Positions 1 to 10,089 of a stretch of DNA of 60,615 nucleotides are shown piece by piece. Under the pieces are notes generated by a model, which saw only the letters and a program-made list of their open reading frames with translations, was not told where the DNA came from and ran no database searches. Both the position numbers and the translations under genes were made by a program. Every line of letters starts with the position of its first letter. Within the stretch, counting starts at the first letter, position 1. The DNA is taken from positions 1 to 60,615 of the forward strand of contig JBEBVI010000001.1 in the NCBI GenBank assembly GCA_040392805.1. Reading direction: 5' to 3'. The stretch comes from Taibaiella helva. Its GTDB lineage: Bacteria > Bacteroidota > Bacteroidia > Chitinophagales > Chitinophagaceae.

Positions 1-80
1 TGGGCTTCCTTATTGTTAGTGTGCGGGCCTCCGAGGGCCTCTGAACTACATTAAGTGAAGTTCCACGCTCTTTTATATTT
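1..80 (+). ncRNA. 3' part of a structured leader RNA, homologous to 21643-21817; truncated by the window edge
   Basis: cttattgttagtgtgcgggcctccgagggcctctga aligns with cttattcgttgtgtgggcttcctacggcctccga (21754-21787); tgggcttcctta (1-12) can pair with taagtgaagttcca (52-65), followed by a U-rich tract. Confidence 0.55.
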
Positions 81-182
81 ATATACCTCCAGCGTAAACT
101 TACATAAGATTCTCGGCCATCTTCAATCACTGAAGCATCGCATATCAACGACGTATTTTTTAACCATTAAATACAATTGATC

Positions 183-2141
183 ATGCAGGTAAAACATGTA
201 CTTCTCTCACTGCTCATTTTAAGCTACAGCATTATTAATTACGCACAGCGGCCTTTTTATAATGAGCGTCCGGAATTTTTAAAAGCCAATAGTGTGTGGC
301 CTTTTTATGACAAAACAGGATTTGACTTTAACACACATAGTAGTATTACATCAAAAGCTACGGTAAGAATCTTTGGTGTTGAGGGCTGCGCTTCGGTTGC
401 TGACGCGAAAACAGGAGAGCTTCTTTTCTACTCAGATGGTCAAAGGGTTTATAATGCCAAGCATGATATAATGCCAAATGGCGATAACCTAAAAGGGAAT
501 GGTAGCAATTATGATAATAAAGGATCTACAACACAGGGAGCATGCATTGTTCCCGTGATAGACACTCCGGGTAAGTACTATTTATTCTCTCTCTGTGGTC
601 CCACAAATAGCAGCCGCTCACGGTACTTTGACAGTGGAATTCTGTTTTATTCTATAATTGATATGACCTTAGATAATGGTTGGGGCGATGTAATTCCGGG
701 ACAAAAAAATATAGTGTTGTCCAAAGATACTTTAGGCGAGGCAATGATAGCAGTACCGGGAGATAACTGCGATATCTGGTTGATAGTACATGAGCACATC
801 AATCCGGTTTATAAATCTTATCGTATTTCCAAATATGGGATAGAAAGCAGTCCTGTTACTTCCGTTGTAGGAAAGATGCCCGGCTACCAGCAGCTGAATA
901 CTATGACTGAAATTGGCCAGCATGGACAGGGTGGAATAACAATATCACCGAACCGACAATTGCTCAGCCTTTGTTCCAGGTCCTTTTCTATTGATTTCTA
1001 TTCATCCCTTGGAATATTTCTCGACTCCGGTTTAGTACCTACAGTGCAACTGGCTAAGTTTGATCCGGCTACGGGAAGGGTGTACGACGGAATTGGTATA
1101 GGAGAATTGGCTTCTAACGCTTATTGTTGCGCATTTTCTCCCGACAACACGAAGCTTTATTTTTATGGTCAGGAAAGAGGCAAAGGTTTCTCAATATTTC
1201 AATATGACATTTCTAAATGGGATTCTGTTGCAATTGCACTTTCAAAAGAGAGAGTTGGTTCAATTTTCTCTTCCCGAGGTACACCAGGTCAAGCATATCT
1301 CAGATTATACAATGACACCATTTATATATTTGCAGGTGTTGGTGTGAACGGTAAATTATTAACTATTAACCAGCCGAACAACTCCGGAGCAACATGTCTC
1401 TATAATGGTGACTCTGTTCTTTCGATAGGTGGTTCTTCATTGCCGAATGAAGTGGTATTCTCTCTACCAGCAGATACATTTTATAATACCGTTTTAGACA
1501 CAACTATTTGTCCTAAAGATGAATTGGCATTACAGGGGCGGGCGGGTTATCAAAGTTATATCTGGAATGATGGTTCTACAGATATTGTTAACGTTATTAA
1601 GGAGCAAGGTATTTATTGGGTAACTCAAAATGACGGTTGCCATTCTTATATTGATACGTTTATTGTACATTTTTCTGACTTAGAGAAGCCGGTCATTACT
1701 GTTAATGTATTAGAGTTAAGTACGACCAGGCGCTATGATACCTATCAATGGCTTTTAAATGGGCGTGTTATTCCGGAAGCAAATCAGCGTTTTTTCAACG
1801 TTCATGAAAATGGGGACTATCAGGTTGTTGTAAGCAATAGCAGTTGCACCGACACTTCCGATATATATAAAGTTACCAACGCTCGTAACACAAAAATTGA
1901 GAAGAATAATTCTTTAACACACCAGATCAGCATATACCCCAATCCAACAGATGATGCTATAAACATAATTTCTCCGGCAGATGTATATGTTGCACTTTAT
2001 AGTATTGAAGGAAAAGAAATGAAGGTGGCGCAAAAAGAAAAGTTGATATACATAAAGGGAGTCCCGGAAGGAATGTACTTCTTGCATATTTATGACCTCA
2101 ATAGCAGATTACTTAAAATACAGAAAATAATAAAATACTAA
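183..2141 (+). CDS. T9SS type A CTD secreted protein: beta-propeller head plus Ig-like stalk
   Basis: Signal peptide ending YAQ; EGCASVAD..G.LLFYSDG head shared with 2178 and 15796 ORFs; YQW..NG stalk; IYPNP...GMYFLHI...KIIK CTD; ATG at 183 preferred. Confidence 0.88.
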   Translation: MQVKHVLLSLLILSYSIINYAQRPFYNERPEFLKANSVWPFYDKTGFDFNTHSSITSKATVRIFGVEGCASVADAKTGELLFYSDGQRVYNAKHDIMPNGDNLKGNGSNYDNKGSTTQGACIVPVIDTPGKYYLFSLCGPTNSSRSRYFDSGILFYSIIDMTLDNGWGDVIPGQKNIVLSKDTLGEAMIAVPGDNCDIWLIVHEHINPVYKSYRISKYGIESSPVTSVVGKMPGYQQLNTMTEIGQHGQGGITISPNRQLLSLCSRSFSIDFYSSLGIFLDSGLVPTVQLAKFDPATGRVYDGIGIGELASNAYCCAFSPDNTKLYFYGQERGKGFSIFQYDISKWDSVAIALSKERVGSIFSSRGTPGQAYLRLYNDTIYIFAGVGVNGKLLTINQPNNSGATCLYNGDSVLSIGGSSLPNEVVFSLPADTFYNTVLDTTICPKDELALQGRAGYQSYIWNDGSTDIVNVIKEQGIYWVTQNDGCHSYIDTFIVHFSDLEKPVITVNVLELSTTRRYDTYQWLLNGRVIPEANQRFFNVHENGDYQVVVSNSSCTDTSDIYKVTNARNTKIEKNNSLTHQISIYPNPTDDAINIISPADVYVALYSIEGKEMKVAQKEKLIYIKGVPEGMYFLHIYDLNSRLLKIQKIIKY

Positions 2142-2177
2142 TCTGGATAAGAATGGCGCTTTCATTTTGATCTGTTA

Positions 2178-4874
2178 ATGCAGTTTTTCAATAAATTGGA
2201 AATGAAAATACGGAAAGTAATGTCGACTATAGGTTGCCTGTTCGTGCTCATTAAGTTAAACGCCCAGTATGAAAATGTATGGGTATTTGGCAAGGGCCAA
2301 TATGGGGATACAGTTATAACAAGTGAATATGGGACTGGGTGCGGCCTTGATTTTAATCAGGGTCAGCCGATCCCGATAAGAGCAATTTTCAATGAAGGGA
2401 AAAGTTATATGAGAGGATATAGTCGTTTTGGTGAGGGCAATGCTTCTGTTTGTAATAGTAGGGGGCAACTGCTGTTTTATACAGACGGTACGACTGTACA
2501 GGATTCTAACGGTAATATAATGTTTAATGGAAGGGATTTGACTAATGTGCCGCCCTTTCTAGGAACAATAGCACCTACGAGTAGCACTTCCCAAGGCGCA
2601 CTCATAATACCTTTCCCTGATAATCCGGATAGATTTTATATTTTGTCTTTAACAAGTGCGGAGCTGGGAGAATATGGTGGACGCTTGTATTATAGTGTAG
2701 TCAATCTTGAACTAAATAACGGATTCGGGGCTATTGAGCAGAAACAAACGTTGATTGATTCAAACCTAACTGAAGTGATGACAGGTGTCGTGGGGAACAG
2801 ATGCAATGTATGGATATTAGTATATTCATTTTCTGAAGAAGCATATAAAGCATATGAAGTAACGTCATCCGGCATTAATTTAACTCCCGTAGTTTCTAAA
2901 ACAGGTTTACGTTTTGCGCCTGCAGAAAGATTTGGAGCAATAGCAGCTTCTCCTGATGGAAAAAAAGTTGCATTGGCAAGAACAAATCTTAGTGGCGCAG
3001 CTTATATTGGCCTTGAATTGTCCGACTTTGATGGCAGTACAGGTCTGATTACGAAAACAGAAGTGCTTGACTCAGTACGGGGGTATTCTTCCGTTTGTTT
3101 TTCTCCTAACAATACAAGGCTTTATGCCACCCAATACCTTAATGGCTATGATATTGTTCAATTTGATCTTCTGACACCAGAACCTGTCCTAACTAAGAAA
3201 AATATTGGGAAAACTACTTTTTGTCATCTTAAGCTTGGTCCAAATGGAAAAATCTATTTCCAATCATTAAAAAAAGAAGGCGCCAATATGTGTTTAGGCA
3301 GTATTGATTTTCCTGATTTATTAGCTCCACTGTGCGGATACTCGGAAAAGACAATAGTCTTACTTGAAAATACGGTAATGCATTCTGGTTTACCCAATGT
3401 GATACCTATGATAAAGAAAGATACATCTATAACTAAGCAGCAAATTTTGGGTGCTTGTTTTGCGAATGTGACTCAACCGTTCTTGAAATCTTTAAATGAT
3501 ACCTCAGGTTGGGATTACCTATGGAACGATGGAACTCCTGGAACCAGCAGAAAAGCCGATACCCCCGGCATCTATTGGGTGACTTACTATACTCCTCCCT
3601 GCAATTACCATGTAGACACTTTCCATGTTTCCTTCCCCAACGGCGTATTGCCGGATATACATATACAAAACGCTTGCAAAAATACTGCGAATGGCAAAGT
3701 ATGGGCTACTACATATCCCGGCGATACCGTAACCTATCATTACTACTGGCAAAATAATAGAGGCGATACGCTTTCCCTTATTGATACTTTACAAAATGTT
3801 CCTTCCGGAAACTATACACTGCGGGTAAGTACTGCCCAATGCGATACTGTTTTATTGTTTTTTATTCCCGAAGAAGAGCATCATGTTTCTTTTCTTTCGG
3901 ATAGTATTGTTTGCCAAGGGGCCGAGTTACATTTTACTAATACTTCGGATAATTCCTTTACACAATTCCTCTGGAACTTTGATGATGGTGAGAAATCCCA
4001 ATCCCGCAATCCTGTCCATGTTTATGATCAGGCCGGGCTCTACCAGGTAACTCTTGTCGGGAAAGGAGAAGTTTGTACGGATACTGCCTATCGAACGGTA
4101 GAGGTAGATTTCCTACGCTCCGTGATCTTTAAAACGGAGCCGGATAGCATTTGTACCGGAGAATCCATTTCTTTTTATCCGAAAACCGATAGTACTGCGC
4201 TTGGCCAGCACTGGATCTTTGGTGACGGCGAGGAAATGACCTCCTTCAATGAGGAGAAAGTGCAGCATGCTTATGCGGTGCCGGGCATTGTGCAGGTAAC
4301 GCTTACTTCGCACTTCCGCGCCTGCCCCACTGACACTTTCTCAAATACGGTATTTATTTATGATCTACCTATAATAAACTTAGGCTCAGACAGCAGCCTT
4401 TGCCTGCAATCAGCGCCGGTATATCTGAAAAATCTTGCAGCGGCAACTCCGGGCAACTTTCACTATCTATGGAGCACCGGCGATACTACGGAAAGTATTA
4501 AAGTAATACATTCCGGCATTTACAGCCTCCGCATCAGCTCCGATCCTTTAGGCTGTAGTAATACCGAATCCATAACTATTAACAAAGATTGCTATATTGA
4601 CATCCCGAATGCTTTCACGCCTAATGGCGATGGATGGAATGATTATTTTTTTCCACGGCAATTGTTATCCCGTAATATAACCCAATTCCGGCTGCAAATC
4701 TTTAACCGCTGGGGACAAGTGGTATTTGAAAGTACAAATCCGGATGGCCGTGGCTGGGACGGTACACTAAACGGAATGGACCAACTGCAAGGTGTCTATA
4801 TCTATATCATTGATGTGGAAACGGCAGGTGGAAATCCGGAACAGTATAAGGGTAATGTCACTCTAGTGCGATAG
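2178..4874 (+). CDS. T9SS type B CTD (gliding-motility-associated C-terminal domain) protein with beta-propeller and PKD domains
   Basis: WNFDDG and WIFGDG PKD motifs; C-terminal IPNAFTPNGDGWNDYF...IFNRWG...WDG...GNVTLVR. Confidence 0.9.
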   Translation: MQFFNKLEMKIRKVMSTIGCLFVLIKLNAQYENVWVFGKGQYGDTVITSEYGTGCGLDFNQGQPIPIRAIFNEGKSYMRGYSRFGEGNASVCNSRGQLLFYTDGTTVQDSNGNIMFNGRDLTNVPPFLGTIAPTSSTSQGALIIPFPDNPDRFYILSLTSAELGEYGGRLYYSVVNLELNNGFGAIEQKQTLIDSNLTEVMTGVVGNRCNVWILVYSFSEEAYKAYEVTSSGINLTPVVSKTGLRFAPAERFGAIAASPDGKKVALARTNLSGAAYIGLELSDFDGSTGLITKTEVLDSVRGYSSVCFSPNNTRLYATQYLNGYDIVQFDLLTPEPVLTKKNIGKTTFCHLKLGPNGKIYFQSLKKEGANMCLGSIDFPDLLAPLCGYSEKTIVLLENTVMHSGLPNVIPMIKKDTSITKQQILGACFANVTQPFLKSLNDTSGWDYLWNDGTPGTSRKADTPGIYWVTYYTPPCNYHVDTFHVSFPNGVLPDIHIQNACKNTANGKVWATTYPGDTVTYHYYWQNNRGDTLSLIDTLQNVPSGNYTLRVSTAQCDTVLLFFIPEEEHHVSFLSDSIVCQGAELHFTNTSDNSFTQFLWNFDDGEKSQSRNPVHVYDQAGLYQVTLVGKGEVCTDTAYRTVEVDFLRSVIFKTEPDSICTGESISFYPKTDSTALGQHWIFGDGEEMTSFNEEKVQHAYAVPGIVQVTLTSHFRACPTDTFSNTVFIYDLPIINLGSDSSLCLQSAPVYLKNLAAATPGNFHYLWSTGDTTESIKVIHSGIYSLRISSDPLGCSNTESITINKDCYIDIPNAFTPNGDGWNDYFFPRQLLSRNITQFRLQIFNRWGQVVFESTNPDGRGWDGTLNGMDQLQGVYIYIIDVETAGGNPEQYKGNVTLVR

Positions 4875-4916
4875 TCCTCATTGTTCAAACGCCATAACAT
4901 TTTGGTCGGCCTATAT

Positions 4917-4952
4917 AAAAAAATCGTGGTGGAGGGTTCCACCACGATTTTT
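4917..4952. terminator. Bidirectional intrinsic terminator
   Basis: atcgtggtgga-gggt-tccaccacgat stem flanked by A and T runs, between convergent genes. Confidence 0.85.
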
Positions 4953-4983
4953 AAATTTCTATAATCGATCAACAAACCAGGCT

Positions 4984-5739
4984 TTACTTCCCGAATACCT
5001 GTCTCAATATATTCGTTACCTGAGCAGCAGGGTCTGTCCTGATTTTCGCTTCTTCTTCCGCGATAGACACAAACATACCGTTCAGCGCTCGTTCGGTTAC
5101 ATAAGCTGTCATATCGGGATTGACTTTCTTTTGCGACAGGGGAAGATTATTATATGTAGAGAAGACAGTTTTCCATAATCCCACGGCGCCTACTTTATCC
5201 AGTGATTTTTTAATAACCGGGCTAAAAGCGGCTGTTAATGATGAAGTCGTTTTGGCTTTCAGGAAATTGGTAGCGGCATTATTTCCTCCCTGTAAAATAT
5301 TCAGCCCATCCTGTATACTCATAGAGGTAATGGCATTCAGGAAAATGGGAGCCGCCTGTTTGGCTGCATCCTCTGCCGCACGGTTCATGGATAGTATGGC
5401 CTTATCAACCATTGAGCCCATTCCGATGGCGCGTAGCGATTGTTCTACCTGTCTTGCCTCGGGAGGTAATAAAATTTTTATCGCTGCATTTTTAAAAAAG
5501 CCATCCGTAGCAGACAATTTATTGGAAGCATTTTTTGCCCCTATAGACAAGGCTTCTTTCAGGCCCTTGGCAATATCGGTATTGCTCAGGCCCTTGCCAC
5601 TACTCTGACCACCTGTTGTTTTACTGTTTCCTCCTGAAAGCGTATTCAGGATATCAGCGAGCGATTGCGCTTCTGCATAATAAGAGGTGCTAAAGGTCAT
5701 CAAACCGGCCAGCACGAGGGGAAAAACTATCTTTCTCAT
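4984..5739 (-). CDS. DUF4197 family exported protein
   Basis: GLKEAL..GA, IKILLP, MNRAAE.A, YVT..AL.G.F..IA.EE..IR motifs; signal peptide. Confidence 0.85.
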   Translation of the reverse strand: MRKIVFPLVLAGLMTFSTSYYAEAQSLADILNTLSGGNSKTTGGQSSGKGLSNTDIAKGLKEALSIGAKNASNKLSATDGFFKNAAIKILLPPEARQVEQSLRAIGMGSMVDKAILSMNRAAEDAAKQAAPIFLNAITSMSIQDGLNILQGGNNAATNFLKAKTTSSLTAAFSPVIKKSLDKVGAVGLWKTVFSTYNNLPLSQKKVNPDMTAYVTERALNGMFVSIAEEEAKIRTDPAAQVTNILRQVFGK

Positions 5740-5833
5740 ATAATTTATTTATAATTTTTACCGGAAGTATAGACTCCAAATTTATTAATGGCCATTTGAC
5801 TGAAAATACAAACAATGGTTACATGACACGTCA

Positions 5834-6298
5834 TCATTTCCATTGTTCCAGTATCTGGTTGGCATGGTCTTTACTGTTTACCTTGGTAATAACATGCTCT
5901 ATAATACCTTTTTCATTGATCAGAAACGTGGTACGATGCACGCCTTCATATTCTCTTCCCATAAATTTCTTTGGTCCCCACACTCCGTAAGCCATCGCTA
6001 TTTGCTTTTCCGTATCTGCCACTAAAGGGAACGGGAGGTTAAATTTCTGTTCAAATTTTTTATGGCTCTTTTCCGTATCCGTACTTACGCCTATGACAAC
6101 GATTTTCCTCTTTTGAAGCAGGGAAACATTATCCCTCAAATTACATGCCTGAACCGTACAGGTCGGCGTGTTATCTTTAGGATAAAAATATAAAACTACT
6201 TTTTTTCCCTGGTATCCGGACAGGGTAATTGTTTCACCATTCTGATCCGTAGCTGTAAAATCCGGCGCTATCGTCCCGGCATTCAATATCGAATCCAT
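5834..6298 (-). CDS. bcp: Thioredoxin-dependent thiol peroxidase (peroxiredoxin Q)
   Basis: VVLYFYPKDNTPTCTVQAC active-site motif; RTTFLI. Confidence 0.92.
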   Translation of the reverse strand: MDSILNAGTIAPDFTATDQNGETITLSGYQGKKVVLYFYPKDNTPTCTVQACNLRDNVSLLQKRKIVVIGVSTDTEKSHKKFEQKFNLPFPLVADTEKQIAMAYGVWGPKKFMGREYEGVHRTTFLINEKGIIEHVITKVNSKDHANQILEQWK

Positions 6299-6357
6299 TT
6301 AAGTAAGCTTATTTATAATTATGAGTATAGAAGCCCGTTTTAATTTTATACCGGAGT

Positions 6358-7131
6358 TTACAAACCGAATAACAGCTCTGCATTCCGGGTTGTTGCCTCA
6401 GCCACCTCTTCCACACTGCATTGTTTAATTTCTGCAATCCTGGCGGCGATCAGTGGTATATAGGCGCTTTCGTTCCTTTTGCCGCGATAGGGAACGGGAG
6501 CCAGATAAGGCGCATCGGTTTCCAGCAGTATATGATCCAGGCTGATCTGGCTTAATACTTCGGTAAGTGTACTGTTTTTGAAAGTAGCCGTTCCCCCGAT
6601 GCCCAAATAAAAACCCAGCTCTGTTATTGCATGTGCCTCTTCTATCGATCCGCCAAAGCAGTGAAAAACGCCTTTCAACGACCCGTTTTGATTCTCCCTA
6701 ACGATCTCAATACCATCCGGCATAGACGACCGGGTGTGAATAACAACAGGCAGGTTATACCGGAGTGCCCATGCTACCTGGTGCCTGAAGGCGGTCTTCT
6801 GCTCTGCTACAAAAGTGGTATCCCAGTAGTAATCCAGCCCGATCTCTCCTATAGCTGCAAACTTTGTGCCGGAAAGCCATTGCTCCATGGCCTTTAACTC
6901 CTCCATAAAGTTGTCTTTCACATAGCATGGGTGAAGTCCCATCATAGCAAAGCAGTTTTCCGGCCATTGCTTAGTGAGCGACATCATCGGCTCTATGGTC
7001 GACAGGTCGCAATTAGGCAGGCAGATACGGTCTACTCCCGCCTGTATCGCCCGTTGTATGTCTTCCGGCCGGTCAGCATCAAACTGTGCATCATACAAAT
7101 GCGCATGGGTATCTATAAAGCGTAGGGGCAT
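6358..7131 (-). CDS. tatD: TatD family hydrolase
   Basis: IDTHAH, GLHP, AIGEIGLD, HCF and ETDAPYLAP motifs. Confidence 0.92.
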   Translation of the reverse strand: MPLRFIDTHAHLYDAQFDADRPEDIQRAIQAGVDRICLPNCDLSTIEPMMSLTKQWPENCFAMMGLHPCYVKDNFMEELKAMEQWLSGTKFAAIGEIGLDYYWDTTFVAEQKTAFRHQVAWALRYNLPVVIHTRSSMPDGIEIVRENQNGSLKGVFHCFGGSIEEAHAITELGFYLGIGGTATFKNSTLTEVLSQISLDHILLETDAPYLAPVPYRGKRNESAYIPLIAARIAEIKQCSVEEVAEATTRNAELLFGL

Positions 7132-7223
7132 TTTTCAAATAAGTAAAAATTCAAAATTAAAAACAGTAGCATCAGATATGGAGAAGAAATGGTTTAGCAT
7201 CGGCGGCTATAGTAACAGATCTT

Positions 7224-7490
7224 CTAAGAATCTGACGCAGGCTCCTGAGGTGGCAGTCGTTTAACTCTTTCCTGGAACATTAAAAAACCGCCAATGGCTA
7301 ATAACGTACCAGATAAATAAGCTACAACCAGGCTCTTCCCCATCATTATAGAAATAATACAACCAAGCACTTCAGCACCAATCCATACCAGAACGGTCAG
7401 CAATTGCCATTTACCGCTGCGGTAGCCTTTAGCTTCTACTATATATTTAATTCTCTGGCATAGAAAAAAAAGAATAATAATATCAAGCAT
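7224..7490 (-). CDS. Small hypothetical membrane protein
   Basis: 88 aa with two or three hydrophobic segments; co-oriented with neighbours. Confidence 0.65.
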   Translation of the reverse strand: MLDIIILFFLCQRIKYIVEAKGYRSGKWQLLTVLVWIGAEVLGCIISIMMGKSLVVAYLSGTLLAIGGFLMFQERVKRLPPQEPASDS

Positions 7491-7558
7491 ATTGAGTTAA
7501 AAATCAAAAGTCAAAATTAAAAATAGCCGCCACCAAGCCGATTCACTTAAGGTCAGCC

Positions 7559-8290
7559 TCAGGTATACAGCCCTCCGTTAATGGAAATGACCTGCCCCGT
7601 AATATAACCGGCTTCTTTTGAAGCCAGGAAGCCGGTTAATGCGGCCACCTCTTCTGCGTTCCCGAAACGGTTCATCGGTATCAATCTGCACAATTCTTTC
7701 TCATCCAGTTCTTCCGTCATATCTGTTTTTATAAAACCAGGAGCTATCGCATTTACCGTAATATTCCTTTTGGCTATTTCCTGCGCCAGTGCCTTGGTGG
7801 CGCCGATCATACCGGCTTTAGCGGCAGAGTAATTAACCTGTCCGGGCATTCCTTTTAACCCGCTTAAAGAAACAACATTGATAATCCTGCCATACCTGTT
7901 CATCAGCATAGGGTTTAATACCTGTTTGGTGACATGATACATTCCGTTCAGGCTGGTATCCAGTACAGAATTCCATTGCTCCCCATTCATAAAAGCCATT
8001 AATGCATCCTGGCGTATACCGGCATTATTTACCAATACTTCAATAATGCTTTCTTTATTGCTTTGCTGCCAGCTACCTAATACCTTTTCTATTTCGTCCT
8101 TGTCTGCCACATCAAAAGGTAGTAGTACGGCCTCCTGCCCTTTTTCCCGAACCAGAGCCGCGGTTTCTTCGGCTGCAGCTTTATTTCCTTTATAATTAAT
8201 TAAAACCGGGTATCCCATATCCGCCAGCCGCACACATATAGCGCGACCTATTCCACGGCTGCCTCCGGTTATCATTGCATAACGCTGCAT
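7559..8290 (-). CDS. fabG: 3-oxoacyl-ACP reductase (SDR family)
   Basis: TGGSRGIG, NNAG, YSAAK and VNAIAPGFI motifs. Confidence 0.88.
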   Translation of the reverse strand: MQRYAMITGGSRGIGRAICVRLADMGYPVLINYKGNKAAAEETAALVREKGQEAVLLPFDVADKDEIEKVLGSWQQSNKESIIEVLVNNAGIRQDALMAFMNGEQWNSVLDTSLNGMYHVTKQVLNPMLMNRYGRIINVVSLSGLKGMPGQVNYSAAKAGMIGATKALAQEIAKRNITVNAIAPGFIKTDMTEELDEKELCRLIPMNRFGNAEEVAALTGFLASKEAGYITGQVISINGGLYT

Positions 8291-8351
8291 AATGACTCTG
8301 TTTTGTTAAAGGCGAAATTACCTTATAAGGATGAAAAACAGGAATGTAATT

Positions 8352-8392
8352 AAAAAAAAGAAGTCCCGCCGAACAGATGATCAGCGGGACTT
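8352..8392 (-). terminator. Intrinsic terminator after the TPR gene
   Basis: aagtcccgc...gcgggactt stem with an A-run at 8352-8359 (U-tract on the minus strand). Confidence 0.7.
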
Positions 8393-8410
8393 TATCCTTA
8401 TTCTATCCTG

Positions 8411-10009
8411 TTATTTCGCTTTTTTCAGCTTGGCATAATATTCCTTTACCTGGCTGGCAAACTCATTATTAGGCTCAATCTTCAGTATCTCATTGATCCA
8501 TACCATCGCATCTTTCTCATTATTACTGTTATAATAATAGAAGGCCAGGTATTCATAAGCGTTTTTCAAATCAGCCTCTTTCTTTTCATATCCTTCATGC
8601 GTGAACGCCAGCCATTCCTTATAAAAAGGAACAGCACCCCCGGTTTTGGCTTCACTATCTACCGCAGCGGCCGTACGTGCCTGCCAGTATATAGCGGATC
8701 CTTCATTAGGGTATTTGTTGCGCATCGCAGTAAAAGCTTTTGCAGCCTCATCATAATTCCGGCCATAGTAAGCATACAGGCCCCAGTTGAAATAATCAAT
8801 AGCATGTGCATCCGGATTATCTGCCACCACGCGGCCATACCAGTGACCGGCTTTAGCATAGTCCTTTATATCTTTAAAGCCGTCCGCTATTTTTTTATAC
8901 AGCTCGCTCTTATCACCGGTTTCCATGGCCACGGCCTTGTTGAAATAGTATTCGGCGCTATCATTATACATTCTGGCCTGGAGGGAATCTTCCCCGGCCA
9001 TGGCAGTCATAATTCTACCGGTATAAACATAATCGTCGTATATCAGCTTTTCCGGGTTTTTCTCTTTCCCGAAGAAGATGCGCATATTTTCAAGCGCCTT
9101 AGGATAATCCTGTGTCTCGAAAGCGCTATAGCCGATCAGGCGGTACAAGTATGGCTTTTCCACACCTTTTGCGATCAGCTCCTGTATCTTAGCCTGTGCT
9201 TCGGGGTATTTCTGAGATAAGAACAGCAGGTTGGCATAAGTGATCTGGTCATCTATAGATTTATCAGACAGTTCTAAGAATTTCTCAATGTTTTCCAGCG
9301 CCCTTTCGTACCTGCCGGCTCTTTGGTAAGCCTCAGCCAGTTCTTTATACGGCAATGGGTTAGAGGGGTCGGTTTCTTTGGAAAGGTTGAAGTTGGTCAG
9401 CGCATCATCGTAGCGGCGGGCATCATACCATAGAGCGCCGATCCGGGAATAAGCCAGTGAATTGCGGGTTGCTTTTTTTACCGCATCTTCATAGTTATCC
9501 ATGGCCTTGCCACCGCCGCCCTGCATTTTCAGGTAGGCATCTCCCAACGCAATATTTATGGACGCATCATCATTTATGGACAATGCTTTTTCATACCAGG
9601 CTATAGCATCGGTTATATTTCCGCCGTTGGTATAAGTAATGGCATCTGCGGCCACTTTATATCTTTCCCAGTCTTTCTTTTTTGCTTTGTCCACAATACC
9701 CAGGAGTATTTTATTGGCTTCTTCTTTTTTACCCTGCAATAGTAATACCCGGGCCATACCTGCCTGGTTATAGTAATCATCGGGATAACGTGCAAAGATC
9801 GCTTTTGCCGCATCTATATTTTCCAGGCCCAGCTCTGAAAGGCCTAAATAGTAATTGGCTTTTTCATCTTTACCGGCCAGGGGCTCTAATGCTCGTTTAG
9901 CGCTTTCATAGCGACCATAATTGATCATTTTCTCTCCATCCTGCACAGATTGTGCATTCACCTGAAATGCAAGGGCCGTAGCCAATGCCGTAACAACTAT
10001 TCGATTCAT
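8411..10009 (-). CDS. Exported tetratricopeptide repeat protein
   Basis: Signal peptide ending NAQ; many TPR-like helical repeats; start taken at MNRIV. Confidence 0.85.
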   Translation of the reverse strand: MNRIVVTALATALAFQVNAQSVQDGEKMINYGRYESAKRALEPLAGKDEKANYYLGLSELGLENIDAAKAIFARYPDDYYNQAGMARVLLLQGKKEEANKILLGIVDKAKKKDWERYKVAADAITYTNGGNITDAIAWYEKALSINDDASINIALGDAYLKMQGGGGKAMDNYEDAVKKATRNSLAYSRIGALWYDARRYDDALTNFNLSKETDPSNPLPYKELAEAYQRAGRYERALENIEKFLELSDKSIDDQITYANLLFLSQKYPEAQAKIQELIAKGVEKPYLYRLIGYSAFETQDYPKALENMRIFFGKEKNPEKLIYDDYVYTGRIMTAMAGEDSLQARMYNDSAEYYFNKAVAMETGDKSELYKKIADGFKDIKDYAKAGHWYGRVVADNPDAHAIDYFNWGLYAYYGRNYDEAAKAFTAMRNKYPNEGSAIYWQARTAAAVDSEAKTGGAVPFYKEWLAFTHEGYEKKEADLKNAYEYLAFYYYNSNNEKDAMVWINEILKIEPNNEFASQVKEYYAKLKKAK

Positions 10010-10089
10010 TTCAATTGACAATTTATGATGTAGTTTTCTTCTATGGTTATTGTTTTTGTTTAAATAAGATTACTAAAATGTCAGATAGT

